Shown: in pieces, positions 7,232 to 15,289 of the stretch
Position numbering within the stretch: position 1 is the stretch's first letter
How the letters are laid out: every line of letters begins with the position of its first letter
IMG/VR virus record: IMGVR_UViG_3300027895_000003
DNA: 36,912 nt
Strand: one strand, 5' to 3'
Origin: a virus
Notes under the pieces: generated by a model
Told to the model about the DNA's origin: nothing
The model's database searches: none
What the model saw: the letters and a program-made list of their open reading frames with translations, nothing else
Program-made: the position numbers and the translations under genes

Positions 7232-8113
7232 TCAGTTGTGGGGCAGGTTGGCCGCGAACCAGGCGGCTATCCGGTACACGTCGTTGTTGGGATTGGCGTT
7301 GTCGGTCGACGAGGTCAGCACGTGGTTCTCGGCTGGGCTGCCCGCCGAAGTGGTTCCTGTCCCGTCGCAGTTGGGGGTGACAGGCGCGCCTGCGCCATGC
7401 GCGGCCGAGTAGATGGCAGGCGTCAGAGTGTCGGCGGTCCACGGTGATGGGCCGACCACCTCGTCTACAGACCCCCAGCCCAGGAGACCGGGGACCGAGG
7501 TGACGCCGTTGAGGGCCGAAGACGTGACATCGGCTCCTGTCGTCGTGATGTCGCTGAAAGTCTCGAGCACCCATGCCGGGTTCAGATCCGAGACGATCGA
7601 GGCGGGGTGGTGGGCGACATAGCCGGCGATGGTCGAGGTGCGGCCGATGGCGATCTGGAGCGCGTTCCATCCTCCCCACGAGAACCCCACGGGCACGATC
7701 GGCACGCTGGCCGAGATTGTCCTCTGGATGAAAAGGACCATGTGGTCCCACCATTCGAGCGTGGTGCCCACCAACCGTGTCCCGTGCCCGGAGTCTGCGC
7801 CGATGTCGTCGTAGAGGGCAACATTCTGCCCGCCGACGGCGTAGCCGTCACCGGGCTCTGACGGAGCGATCACATACCACCCAGTGGCCGCGATGGTCTG
7901 GCAGAGCAGGAGGTTCCAGTTGGGCAACAGCACATCGGTGTTGTAAAGCTCCTCTGGGAAGCCCGCACCGGCGCCGGCCTGCATCCCGTGGAGGTACACG
8001 AGTACGCCTTTGAGCGTTCCGGTCTGCGCGATAACCGAACCGATGTTGATACCGGGGACCTGGATCTGGCTCGCAGCCGCCGAACCGCTCGGTAGGCAGT
8101 GGGTGACTGTCAT
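7232..8113 (-). CDS. Alpha/beta-hydrolase (esterase/lipase-like, 293 aa)
   Basis: The ATG 8113 start overlaps the upstream stop (ATGA). A GFSWGG nucleophile elbow (GxSxG) follows a beta-strand (VPIVPVGFSWGG). It could be LysB-like or a virion-associated esterase. Confidence 0.55.
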   Translation of the reverse strand: MTVTHCLPSGSAAASQIQVPGINIGSVIAQTGTLKGVLVYLHGMQAGAGAGFPEELYNTDVLLPNWNLLLCQTIAATGWYVIAPSEPGDGYAVGGQNVALYDDIGADSGHGTRLVGTTLEWWDHMVLFIQRTISASVPIVPVGFSWGGWNALQIAIGRTSTIAGYVAHHPASIVSDLNPAWVLETFSDITTTGADVTSSALNGVTSVPGLLGWGSVDEVVGPSPWTADTLTPAIYSAAHGAGAPVTPNCDGTGTTSAGSPAENHVLTSSTDNANPNNDVYRIAAWFAANLPHN

Positions 8114-8964
8114 GAGGCGAACGCTCGCATAACCGCTGGTCCGAGGGTTGAGGACGCGACACCGGTGGTCCCGGACGCGTTCAAGATCGCCGTTCCGCCC
8201 GTCGTGGCCCACGCCCAATCGACCTGATACGCGGTACCGGCGACGGTGTTCATGCGGATGTAGACGTGCGCCATCGGGCTTTCCGTGTCCGTGGTCGACG
8301 AATACGCGCTCGCGCTGTAGCCGACCTGGGTCGTCGTGCCGTGCGTGAAGAGCATCCAGATGATCTCGTTCTGCGCTCCGTTGCTGAAAAACCCCGTGTA
8401 GGCCTGGAGCTCGATCAGCGTCTTGGCCGAGATCGCCGTGAAGGGCAGCGTCAGGTGCGTGGTGTCGATGGCGGCCGGGGTCGACGAGCCGATGGAGTAC
8501 GACTGCTCGGGGGACGGCTCGTAGAACGTGGAGGCGAGCTGCTGGTTGAGGGCGGTGGCGCCGTCGGTGGTCGACTGCGGCACGACGTTGACGATCCGTT
8601 GCCCGGCCAGGTTCACCGGACCTGCTGGGTTCGCCATCTGGTCGAGCGTCTGCTCGCGGATCAGGTACTCCACGGCAACGGTGCCGTTGAGCGTCGAGGC
8701 GTTGGAACCCAAGGGGATCGAGACATCCCCGGTGACCGCTGAGCGTGAGATCGTGACCGTCGGGCCTGATCCACCGCTGATGGTGACCGTGCCGTCGCTG
8801 TTCTCGATCAGCGAGATCGAGCCACCGGGGTTGAATCCTTCGATGGCTTGGATCAGCGCCCAGAGCAGTTCACCTGGGCCGTTGGACTCAGGCCGCTCGC
8901 CCCCGAAGGCTTCGATCAGGCCGATCAGAAGCTCGGCTTCGCCGAAGCTGCGGATGATGCTCAT
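8110..8964 (-). CDS. Tail fibre protein (284 aa)
   Basis: The motif ..NLAGQRIVNVVPQSTTDGATALNQQ.. resembles the common fibre motif (L..nrItnla.P....DAvnk). It is rich in T/S/G. Confidence 0.55.
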   Translation of the reverse strand: MSIIRSFGEAELLIGLIEAFGGERPESNGPGELLWALIQAIEGFNPGGSISLIENSDGTVTISGGSGPTVTISRSAVTGDVSIPLGSNASTLNGTVAVEYLIREQTLDQMANPAGPVNLAGQRIVNVVPQSTTDGATALNQQLASTFYEPSPEQSYSIGSSTPAAIDTTHLTLPFTAISAKTLIELQAYTGFFSNGAQNEIIWMLFTHGTTTQVGYSASAYSSTTDTESPMAHVYIRMNTVAGTAYQVDWAWATTGGTAILNASGTTGVASSTLGPAVMRAFAS

Positions 8965-9968
8965 GTGACCGTGGCCAGGTAGTCGGCGTAGAGCGGTCCC
9001 ACCGCGTCCAGGCTGTACTTGGCCACCGCTTCTCGACGGAGCACCTGCGCGGGGTCGTGCGCGGGGCTGCCGATGGCCTTGACGTAGTCGTCCAGGCCGC
9101 GACAGCGCCAGCCCTCGTGGCCATTGCGCACGGTCTCGGGGAAGATGCCCCAGTCAGAGACGATGACCGGTGTGCCGCTGAGCAGGGATTCGATGTGGAC
9201 ACCGCAGAACGGCTCGATGTAGCGGCTCGGGCAGAAGGTGGCGATGGCATGGCCCAGGAGATCTTTTCGTCCCTTGGGGTCGAGTTCGCCCACGTACTCG
9301 ATCTCGCCGGTGAGATCCTTGACGTACTCGGCGTCCTCGAAGACGTGGCCGCCGATCTTGAGTGGCACGCCGGCCTTCTTGCAGGCGGCGATGGCGATGT
9401 CGATGCCCTTGCAGCCTGTGATCCGGCCGAGGAAGGCGAAGTAGTCGCGGCCCTTGGAGACCGCGAAGTCCTTGGGGTCGAAGTAGTTGGGGATCACCGC
9501 GTCGAACTCGGAGCCGTAGGCGCGGTCGATGCCGTAGACGTGGTTGGCCCAGATGTGGGACTCGAAGACGCGGTATTTGGCGAACGTGCCGGTATAGCCC
9601 ACCCCGAACTCGACCACGGGCCAGTGACCGAGAGCGTCCGCGATGGGCTTCTGGGCTGTGCCACCGATCAGGCAGATGATGTCGCCGGATTCGAGATGCT
9701 GAACCAATGCGGCGATGGCCTTGGCGTTGAAGTTCTTGAACAGGAACTCCTCTGGCGTGAAGTCGGGGACGAAGAAGGGGGCGAACTGCATGTCGGTGAC
9801 CTTGACGTACTTGCCCGCCAGCTCCGCCTCGCCGTTGCCGTAGGTAACGACCTCACAACCCTGGTCCGTCATCATCTTGGCGAACTTGGCCACCTTGGCG
9901 GTGTAGGCACACCAGGAGAACTGCGCGGTGAGGTTGGTATGCGGCAGGCCGACGACGTGGAGACGCAT
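8961..9968 (-). CDS. Glycosyltransferase, GT-B fold, GT4-like (335 aa)
   Basis: ATG 9968 ([11 protein letters not shown]..) shares its A with the upstream TGA. The C-terminal motif EPFCGVHIESLLSGTPVIVSDWGIFPETVRNGHEGW matches the GT4 E-x7-E region pattern from recall. Confidence 0.65.
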   Translation of the reverse strand: MRLHVVGLPHTNLTAQFSWCAYTAKVAKFAKMMTDQGCEVVTYGNGEAELAGKYVKVTDMQFAPFFVPDFTPEEFLFKNFNAKAIAALVQHLESGDIICLIGGTAQKPIADALGHWPVVEFGVGYTGTFAKYRVFESHIWANHVYGIDRAYGSEFDAVIPNYFDPKDFAVSKGRDYFAFLGRITGCKGIDIAIAACKKAGVPLKIGGHVFEDAEYVKDLTGEIEYVGELDPKGRKDLLGHAIATFCPSRYIEPFCGVHIESLLSGTPVIVSDWGIFPETVRNGHEGWRCRGLDDYVKAIGSPAHDPAQVLRREAVAKYSLDAVGPLYADYLATVT

Positions 9969-11080
9969 CAGGCCATCTGGTAGATGATGACGTAGCCACT
10001 CCCGCCGGTGCCGCCCGCACCTGCGGAGGTCCCGGCCCCCCCACCTCCACCGCCTCCACCGGTATTGGCCGACGCAGTGCCTCCTGGTCCACCCACACCC
10101 GACGAACCGTTCGTGCCGTTGCCGCCTCCACCGGCGCCACCACCTCCACCACCGAGCGCTGCCCCGGTGCCACCGGTGCCGCCGGCCTGGCCACCGCCGG
10201 CACCGCCGGCAGCCGAGGTCGGGCCACCACCACCGCCTCCGCCCGAGCCATATCGCATCTGGCCGGGACCACCACGGGCGCCTGCTCCTGACGTGGTGGC
10301 ACCCCATCCACCAGCGGTGCCTGAGCCAGCGCCGGTGCTGCCGGCTGGCTGTTGACCGTCACCTCCAGTACCGCCAACACCCGCCGAACTCCCTCCTAAT
10401 CCTAGAATGCCACCCTTGGCTGTGACCAGAGACCCGATGGAAGTGTTGTTGCCAGTAGACCCCGCCGTGCCACCAGTGCCGATGGTCACCGTCTGGTTAC
10501 CGGTCACATTGCCCAGGTAGAAGAGCGGCAGGACCTCGCCTCCGCCTCCGCCTCCTCCACCGGTTGAGGTCGACGCGGCACCTCCACCACCACCTCCTGC
10601 AACAACGAGGGCGGCGAAGATGGCGCTGCCGGTGGTCGACGGGGTCCAGGTCGGCGTGCCGCTGGTGAAGGTGGCCGGGGCGGCGAGAACCGTGCCCGAG
10701 GCTCCTGTGGCACCGGTGACCCCCGTAGGCCCTGTGGGTCCGGTTGCGCCAGCGACCCCGGTAGCCCCTGTCACACCGACAACGCCGGTCGGACCGGTCG
10801 GGCCGGCTGAACCGGTCGCCCCGGTTGCCCCTGTGGGGCCTCCAGCGGGTCCTGTAGCCCCGGTGACCCCTGCTGCGCCCGAGGAGCCTGTAGCCCCGGT
10901 TACGCCCGCTCCGGTGGCTCCTGAGACCCCTGTAGGACCCGTCGGGCCGGCTGAACCGGTCGCACCTGTGGCGCCAGTCGGTCCACCCGAGGCTCCGGTC
11001 GCGCCTGTCGGACCGGTGGGTCCTGCAGCTCCCCCTCCGCCTCCACCCCCGGCGAACTCACCCCCGGTGCCGATGGGCAT
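9968..11080 (-). CDS. Collagen-like (G-X-Y) plus glycine-rich-domain fibre protein (370 aa)
   Basis: There are about 37 uninterrupted Gly-X-Y triplets ([13 protein letters not shown]..). Poly-Gly tracts follow, and the protein ends ..[12 protein letters not shown], typical of glycine-rich minor tail proteins. Confidence 0.75.
   Translation of the reverse strand: MPIGTGGEFAGGGGGGGAAGPTGPTGATGASGGPTGATGATGSAGPTGPTGVSGATGAGVTGATGSSGAAGVTGATGPAGGPTGATGATGSAGPTGPTGVVGVTGATGVAGATGPTGPTGVTGATGASGTVLAAPATFTSGTPTWTPSTTGSAIFAALVVAGGGGGGAASTSTGGGGGGGGEVLPLFYLGNVTGNQTVTIGTGGTAGSTGNNTSIGSLVTAKGGILGLGGSSAGVGGTGGDGQQPAGSTGAGSGTAGGWGATTSGAGARGGPGQMRYGSGGGGGGGPTSAAGGAGGGQAGGTGGTGAALGGGGGGAGGGGNGTNGSSGVGGPGGTASANTGGGGGGGGAGTSAGAGGTGGSGYVIIYQMA
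10690..11020 (-). repeat. Collagen-triplet coding repeat with an internal imperfect 144-nt (48-aa) duplication
   Basis: [21 protein letters not shown] occurs at residues 32 and 80. The underlying DNA is similar but not identical. Confidence 0.8.
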
Positions 11081-11376
11081 TACTGCCGTCCGGCGACGAC
11101 GTAGACGGTCGGCGTGCCCGTCGAGAAGCAGTAGGGGATGTCGTTGTTGTAGATGTTCATGATGACCGGGGAGTTGGCCACCATGAGGAAGCCGTTGGAC
11201 GCCGAGACGGTCGGACCACCCCAGTAGACCGTGCCCGAGGTGATCATGAACTGGACCGGGATCGGGTCAGACGCCGACCCGGTGATGTTGTAGAAGTCAG
11301 TCCCCGTCGATCCCTGGACCAACAACGGGGTCGCCGTCGACGCGGCCAGGGTGATCTGGTGCGTCGCGAACGCCAT
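11080..11376 (-). CDS. Hypothetical structural protein (98 aa)
   Basis: Very high GC3 from ATG 11376 ([10 protein letters not shown]..). A TAATG overlap joins it to the collagen-like gene. An alternative TTG start at 11412 is less likely. Confidence 0.55.
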   Translation of the reverse strand: MAFATHQITLAASTATPLLVQGSTGTDFYNITGSASDPIPVQFMITSGTVYWGGPTVSASNGFLMVANSPVIMNIYNNDIPYCFSTGTPTVYVVAGRQ

Positions 11377-11587
11377 TGGCTGATTCTGCCCCAGCGCCGT
11401 TCGTCCTGGCAACGCCTTGGACCGCTTTGGCCCAGCGCGCCCGTGCGCCTTGGTGCGTGATGCCGAGAGCGGTGCCGATCTGTTGCCACGTGAAGCCGGC
11501 GTGGCGCGCCTTGACGACCTCCACCTCGATCATACGCTCGGCCAGCTCGCGGTAGCGCTTGGCGTTGGAGAGGTCAACGAGGGTCAT
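11297..11587 (-). CDS. HTH DNA-binding protein (96 aa)
   Basis: ATG 11587. The HTH-like segment is GFTWQQIGTALGITHQGARARW. The 3' 80 nt overlap the next gene out of frame and have lower GC3. Confidence 0.55.
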   Translation of the reverse strand: MTLVDLSNAKRYRELAERMIEVEVVKARHAGFTWQQIGTALGITHQGARARWAKAVQGVARTNGAGAESANGVRDAPDHPGRVDGDPVVGPGIDGD

Positions 11588-11720
11588 CGGCCCACTCCTC
11601 CCAGAGGTCGATGGGCCTGCGGCCGAGGATGGGCTGGGGACGCGCGCAGACCCCACAGCGGCGGTCGGTGGACCGGGCAGGCAAGAACATCAGGCCGCAG
11701 CGCTCGCAGGTGCGCAACAT
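11574..11720 (-). CDS. Zinc-ribbon micro-protein (48 aa): MLRTCERCGLMFLPARSTDRRCGVCARPQP..
   Basis: Two CxxC pairs and high GC3. It is below the ORF-track cutoff. Confidence 0.5.
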   Translation of the reverse strand: MLRTCERCGLMFLPARSTDRRCGVCARPQPILGRRPIDLWEEWADDPR

Positions 11721-11735
11721 GCAACCAAGCTTACA

Positions 11736-12044
11736 CTAGAGGGCAAGGCTACTTGCGTCATCATTCTCGTTGGCGATCTCCCTGGCGCGGTCGAGCACCC
11801 ATTCGACGTGCTCGGAGCCGTCGACGTGCTCGAGGCCGTTGAGGACGGTATGCGGATCGGCACCCACCATCCGTGCGACTTCACGCAGGCTGTACCCCTC
11901 TTGGGCCAGGGCGGCCCAGTAGACGCACTTGGCGAAGTAGCGCCGCCCCATCACGCGCGTCCCGGTGTGGTGGACCGGCTCACCGAACAGCCACTCGGCC
12001 GCTTCGGCAATCTCGCTTGCACGCGGCAGTCGCTCCGCGCTCAC
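11736..12044 (-). CDS. DnaA domain IV-like HTH protein (102 aa)
   Basis: ..AKCVYWAALAQEGYSLREVARMVGADPHTVLNGLEHV.. resembles the DnaA C-terminal DNA-binding pattern (..IG..fg.rDHtTV.ha..) from recall. A GTGA overlap joins it to the upstream gene. Confidence 0.5.
   Translation of the reverse strand: MSAERLPRASEIAEAAEWLFGEPVHHTGTRVMGRRYFAKCVYWAALAQEGYSLREVARMVGADPHTVLNGLEHVDGSEHVEWVLDRAREIANENDDASSLAL
11743..11756. promoter_or_regulatory. GCAAG-N4-CTTGC palindrome (GCAAGGCTACTTGC)
   Basis: Exact instance of the recurrent motif. It lies in the last codons of the DnaA-IV-like gene, 23 nt upstream of the next ORF. Confidence 0.5.
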
Positions 12045-12211
12045 TCGGGCGTCTCCTCCTTGATCGCCGACGCGATGGGGACTATGGGCGTCAGGATGAT
12101 CGTTCCGTCCTCTAGTCGCTCGGCCCGGAACCGCGACCCAGGCGGATACTCACGGCGGAGCACCTTTGCCAGCGGTGCTCGTTTGCGATCGTCTAGTTCG
12201 ATTTCACCCAT
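12041..12211 (-). CDS. AbrB/SpoVT/MazE-like small DNA-binding protein (56 aa)
   Basis: MGEIELDDRKRAPLAKVLRREYPPGSRFRAERLEDGTIILTPI.. fits the swapped-hairpin pattern. A strong SD (AAGGAGGGGGAG) precedes it. It is below the ORF-track cutoff. Confidence 0.5.
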   Translation of the reverse strand: MGEIELDDRKRAPLAKVLRREYPPGSRFRAERLEDGTIILTPIVPIASAIKEETPE

Positions 12212-12653
12212 CCGTCTCCCCCTCCTTGGCCGTAGCGGTGAGAGCGGCGGCGAGGTTGCGACCTGCTTCTACGAACAGGAACCCGATGGCTGGCCGTGGG
12301 TCGTTTGCGTACGCGTCAGCCGCCGTTTGCCACTCCCGCGCCGCCTCGGCTACCGCGCGTAGGCGCTCAAGCTCGGCCAACTGGACCGATTCGCTCTGCC
12401 AAACCTCGTACATCGCTATTCGTTCCCGTTGCAGGTCTTCGTTCTCAGCCCTGAGCCGCGCGCACTCCGCTACCAGCGGATCGAGCGGGCGCGCCAGCTC
12501 GGCGTATCGTTCGTCGGATACCCATTTGCCGTGACGGACGGACTTCGGCGGGATCGGCGGCCAACACTCCATGCAGTCGCAATCATCGTCGTGACGTGCT
12601 GCTTCGGCGGCGTCTAACTCCCGCCCCATCTCGTCGCTTAGTGCCTCATCCAT
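12204..12653 (-). CDS. Hypothetical protein (149 aa), acidic with a coiled-coil
   Basis: Good codon bias and an 8-nt overlap with the upstream gene. Confidence 0.55.
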   Translation of the reverse strand: MDEALSDEMGRELDAAEAARHDDDCDCMECWPPIPPKSVRHGKWVSDERYAELARPLDPLVAECARLRAENEDLQRERIAMYEVWQSESVQLAELERLRAVAEAAREWQTAADAYANDPRPAIGFLFVEAGRNLAAALTATAKEGETDG

Positions 12654-12834
12654 AAACGGTCACCTCAATCAGGAGTCCGCCGACGAACATCGCGAAGCCG
12701 AGCCACGCGGCAATCGCCCAACCCACCGCGTAGTGCGGCTCGGTCAGTGCGCCCGCAATCGCCAGCGGCGTCAGCATGAATCCGAGGACGAGCAGCAGCG
12801 GCGCAGGACCCGTATTCTTCGGTGCCTCATCCAC
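12646..12834 (-). CDS. Small membrane protein (62 aa, 2 TM)
   Basis: Hydrophobic segments PLLLVLGFMLTPLAIAGAL and WAIAAWLGFAMFVGGLLI. The GTG start has an 8-nt overlap with the upstream gene. Confidence 0.55.
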   Translation of the reverse strand: MDEAPKNTGPAPLLLVLGFMLTPLAIAGALTEPHYAVGWAIAAWLGFAMFVGGLLIEVTVYG

Positions 12835-13285
12835 GGGTCAGCCTCCCAAGAACGGACTCGGCGTGCTGCACGACGGCAAGTCGTGGCGGGATGGCACCGC
12901 GGCAGGTGCTGTCCACGACTGCTTGCAGCGCCTCACGCAAGTCGTCGCGCTCGGCCCGCAGCCTCTCTATCTCGGCAAGGAGGGCCGGGATGTCTTCGCG
13001 GGCGTGGGCGATGAAGATGGCGTCGGCCTCTCGGTGCCCGTGGATGTTGCCCGCGACTGAACGCGCCCGCGAAACGCGCCCTGACGGTGGGTCATAGCCC
13101 GCAACGGGAACCGACACGTCCCAGTGGTCGTAACAATCGTCAGGGTCGTCGCAATGGCACATCGTCGTGCGCGCCCACGGTCCCGGTGTTGCCGCGTCTG
13201 CCCGCGCCGCGATCGCGGCCAGCCGCTCCTCGGTGAGTTCGCTAGGGGTGGGGGGCGGGGTGCTTGGACCCATTTGCTCAGACAT
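12827..13285 (-). CDS. Ead/Ea22-like protein (152 aa)
   Basis: ATG 13285 follows GGGAGG at a 6-nt spacing. The motif EADAIFIAHAREDIPALLAEIERLRAE is characteristic of Ea22-like proteins from recall. Confidence 0.5.
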   Translation of the reverse strand: MSEQMGPSTPPPTPSELTEERLAAIAARADAATPGPWARTTMCHCDDPDDCYDHWDVSVPVAGYDPPSGRVSRARSVAGNIHGHREADAIFIAHAREDIPALLAEIERLRAERDDLREALQAVVDSTCRGAIPPRLAVVQHAESVLGRLTRG

Positions 13286-13451
13286 TCTCGGCCTCCCATT
13301 CATCCAGCCCCCACTCCAACACCCGGATGATGAGGCGGTTGCGTGAGATGTCGCGGCGGTCAGCTTCGGCCGCGAGCCGTTCTAGTAGTTCGGGCTGCAG
13401 CCGCAAGGCCGTGGCGATCCGGTTCGGGTCCTCCGTACGGGGCCTGCCCAT
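13278..13451 (-). CDS. Ribbon-helix-helix (CopG/Arc-like) protein (57 aa)
   Basis: MGRPRTEDPNRIATALRLQPELLERLAAEADRRDISRNRLIIRVLEWGL fits the RHH pattern. TGATG coupling to the upstream gene. Confidence 0.55.
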   Translation of the reverse strand: MGRPRTEDPNRIATALRLQPELLERLAAEADRRDISRNRLIIRVLEWGLDEWEAENV

Positions 13452-13693
13452 CAGGTAGCCCGCTCCACCAGTTGCGGGAACTCCGATGCTGAGGCCATGC
13501 AGCGATGCGAGAAGAAACACAACGAGCGCATGTCAATACGGTCGTAAGGACATGGTGGGCAGTTGGTTGGAACGGAAACGGTTTGCCAGCCCCATTCTTG
13601 GTCAAACTCGTAGCCCATTACCGCTAGAGCATGTATTTCTTCTTTCGTCCCCACCTCGGCGGGCGCCCCCTCGGTTGGCGCGGGGTCAGGCAT
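13451..13693 (-). CDS. Hypothetical protein (80 aa), lower-GC segment
   Basis: ATG 13693 (MPDPAPTEG..) has an 8-nt overlap with the upstream gene. Local GC is clearly lower than in the neighbouring genes. Confidence 0.45.
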   Translation of the reverse strand: MPDPAPTEGAPAEVGTKEEIHALAVMGYEFDQEWGWQTVSVPTNCPPCPYDRIDMRSLCFFSHRCMASASEFPQLVERAT

Positions 13694-13922
13694 CAGCGGC
13701 CTCAGCTTCCATGTCGATCTCGGTGCCGTTAGTGAACTCAACGATCCCCTCCGCGCAACCGACGCAATACCAGTAGGTCCGATCGCCGCTTTTCCAATGC
13801 ACCTTCACGGGCACCTCAGCGCGGTCACCGCAGACGCAGACTTGCCCGTGGCGATATTTCGCTCGCGCCCGCGCCGCCCCCTCGGGCTGGGTGGGGGTCG
13901 GAATATCGGGGATTTCAGACAC
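13686..13922 (-). CDS. Zinc-ribbon protein (78 aa)
   Basis: GTG 13922. Cysteine pairs CVCGD and CVGC. GC3 favours this start over the track's 108-aa form, whose N-terminus is the off-frame of the upstream micro-ORF. Confidence 0.5.
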   Translation of the reverse strand: MSEIPDIPTPTQPEGAARARAKYRHGQVCVCGDRAEVPVKVHWKSGDRTYWYCVGCAEGIVEFTNGTEIDMEAEAADA

Positions 13923-14088
13923 GGCCCTCAACCACTCCGCCAAAGATGGCGGCTCGTTCTTCTGCCTCGTACCGCTCGTAAAACGGTCCAGACTCAACTG
14001 GACCATTGTCATCGGTCCACGTAACCCACCACGTCCGAAAGTTCTCGTATTCGCCCGAGGGCTGGGTGGGGGTCATGGGGTCAGGCAT
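13915..14088 (-). CDS. Trp-rich micro-protein (57 aa; or 53 aa from ATG 14076): ..MTPTQPSGEYENFRTWWVTWTDDNGPVESGPFYERYEAEERAAIFGGVVEGRV
   Basis: Below the ORF-track cutoff. The composition is coherent and an ATGCCTGA overlap joins it to the upstream stop. Confidence 0.45.
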   Translation of the reverse strand: MPDPMTPTQPSGEYENFRTWWVTWTDDNGPVESGPFYERYEAEERAAIFGGVVEGRV

Positions 14089-14341
14089 CGAGACCGTCGA
14101 CGATTTCGGCGTCGATCAGTTCGCGCTCAAGGTCGCCTGCGTCGCCGTAGATGTAGGCGCGCAATCGGGCGATCTCGGCCGCGGCCTGCTCCATGTCGTC
14201 AGCCGAGCGCCGGAGATCCCGCTGCACCTCGTCGCCGCTGAATCCGAGGTCGCCATCACGCAAGTCGAACCAATCAGCCAGCACGCGCAGCCCTTCCGGA
14301 CCTGTCATCGGCGGCCGGCTCACCCCTCCTCCTTCAACCAC
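14081..14341 (-). CDS. Hypothetical acidic protein (up to 86 aa; start uncertain: 14341, 14323 or 14308)
   Basis: Good codon bias. AAGGAGGAGGGG lies within the 5' end. Confidence 0.5.
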   Translation of the reverse strand: MVEGGGVSRPPMTGPEGLRVLADWFDLRDGDLGFSGDEVQRDLRRSADDMEQAAAEIARLRAYIYGDAGDLERELIDAEIVDGLDA

Positions 14342-14522
14342 TGAGCGGGAGAGCCTGCATCCCGCGTTGCCAGATGATCTCGGCGTAGCACGACTCGCAG
14401 CTCCCGCTCGGGCGGGTCTCGGGCTCGCTGCGGTTCCACCAGAACTCGACGGTGACCGACTTCTTGCAGCGCCAGCAGGTCACGTCCGCGCTGAAGGAGT
14501 CGTCTTGCTGGGGATCGCGCAT
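14334..14522 (-). CDS. Zinc-ribbon protein (62 aa)
   Basis: CWRC ... CESC pairs and TGATG coupling to the upstream gene. Confidence 0.5.
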   Translation of the reverse strand: MRDPQQDDSFSADVTCWRCKKSVTVEFWWNRSEPETRPSGSCESCYAEIIWQRGMQALPLSG

Positions 14523-14839
14523 CACCGGCCCAACGCCTTCTCGATGGTGGCCAGGGCGCGGCCGTCTTCGACCATTGCAGGGGTGAAATGGAGCACCGTC
14601 CAGCGGCCGAGCGCGGCCTCGTTCAGCTTCTCGCACTCCTTGTCTGCCTTGTTGCCGCGGCGGTGCCCCCCAGACCAGGCACCGCCATCAACTTCGACCG
14701 CGAACAGGAACGTAGGCGTGTTGCGGACGACGAAGTCAAACCGCCACTTCCTGGGCGGAGCGAACCGCACCTCTCGCTCGAACGGGATGTCCGCGGCCTT
14801 CATCTGGAACGCCAGCGTCTCTTCGGCCTCAGAAGCCAC
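14522..14839 (-). CDS. Vsr/DUF559-like PD-(D/E)XK endonuclease (105 aa)
   Basis: GTG 14839. The pattern ..FDFVV....FAVEVDGGAWSGGH....D.EC.KLNEAALGRWTVLHFT matches the Vsr-like nuclease core from recall. Confidence 0.5.
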   Translation of the reverse strand: MASEAEETLAFQMKAADIPFEREVRFAPPRKWRFDFVVRNTPTFLFAVEVDGGAWSGGHRRGNKADKECEKLNEAALGRWTVLHFTPAMVEDGRALATIEKALGR

Positions 14840-14999
14840 GGTTGTTCCGTCCCCACTCGCTGAAGCGGTGGAAGTCACGGTCGACCTCGCCGCCAGAATG
14901 GTCCCAGTGGTCTCTGGAATGCTCTGTGAGCCACGCAAGGAGTTCGAGGACCCCTACGGCGAGGGCAAGAGCGCCGAGGAAGCAGAGGTCGAAGATCAT
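14829..14999 (-). CDS. Small membrane protein (56 aa): MIFDLCFLGALALAVGVLELLAWL..
   Basis: High GC3 (about 80%) and an ATGA overlap with the upstream gene. The track only shows it inside an 87-aa ORF. Confidence 0.5.
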   Translation of the reverse strand: MIFDLCFLGALALAVGVLELLAWLTEHSRDHWDHSGGEVDRDFHRFSEWGRNNRGF

Positions 15000-15289
15000 G
15001 GCCTGAGCCACTCGTTGTAGGCCGAGGTCTCCGCGGCGATGCGCTCGAAGAGGTGACCGTCGTGGGCCTCGGTGCTGTGCGCGCCAGCGCAACGGCGACA
15101 GCTGGGAGGTCCGGGGTCGCGCATGGAGACCTCATAGCCGTAGAGGTCGGCGATGCGCTTGACCAAGGCGATCACGTCGGTCTCGTCGCCCACCAGGGTC
15201 AGGTCCCCGTACGTCAGGTCGTTGCCCATCGTCACGCCCCGCACGTCGAGCCGGGGTTCCATCTCGTCTGCGTTCACCCAGACTTCCAT
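14996..15289 (-). CDS. Hypothetical protein (97 aa), first gene after a short intergenic gap
   Basis: A strong SD (AAAGGAGG) lies 7 nt upstream of ATG 15289. Confidence 0.6.
   Translation of the reverse strand: MEVWVNADEMEPRLDVRGVTMGNDLTYGDLTLVGDETDVIALVKRIADLYGYEVSMRDPGPPSCRRCAGAHSTEAHDGHLFERIAAETSAYNEWLRP

Noticed and set aside
8961-10307. Track ORFs with long Arg/Trp/Pro-rich N-terminal extensions: 448 aa here, 280 aa at 6219..7061, 328 aa at 7232..8218, 279 aa at 26467..27306 and 185 aa at 24448..25005
   Set aside because: The extensions are off-frame read-through of the upstream gene. The true starts are the coupled ATG/GTG codons at the upstream stop, as listed in the features.
9968-11080. 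Repetitive DNA that could be mistaken for a CRISPR array or a VNTR
   Set aside because: The repeats are in-frame Gly-X-Y codons with degenerate third positions. There is no repeat-spacer architecture, and no CRISPR array was seen anywhere in the window.
10008-11162. Proline-rich plus-strand ORFs (115 aa and 180 aa) that look like extensin or PPP-repeat proteins
   Set aside because: They are the reverse-complement reading of the Gly-X-Y/poly-Gly gene (GGN read as NCC), which is a mirror artefact.
11297-11376. 80-nt out-of-frame overlap between the HTH gene and the 98-aa structural gene, as a possible second frameshift site
   Set aside because: There is no slippery run, and the HTH frame simply lacks an earlier stop. 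The overlapped tail has weak codon bias and is probably a tolerated extension.
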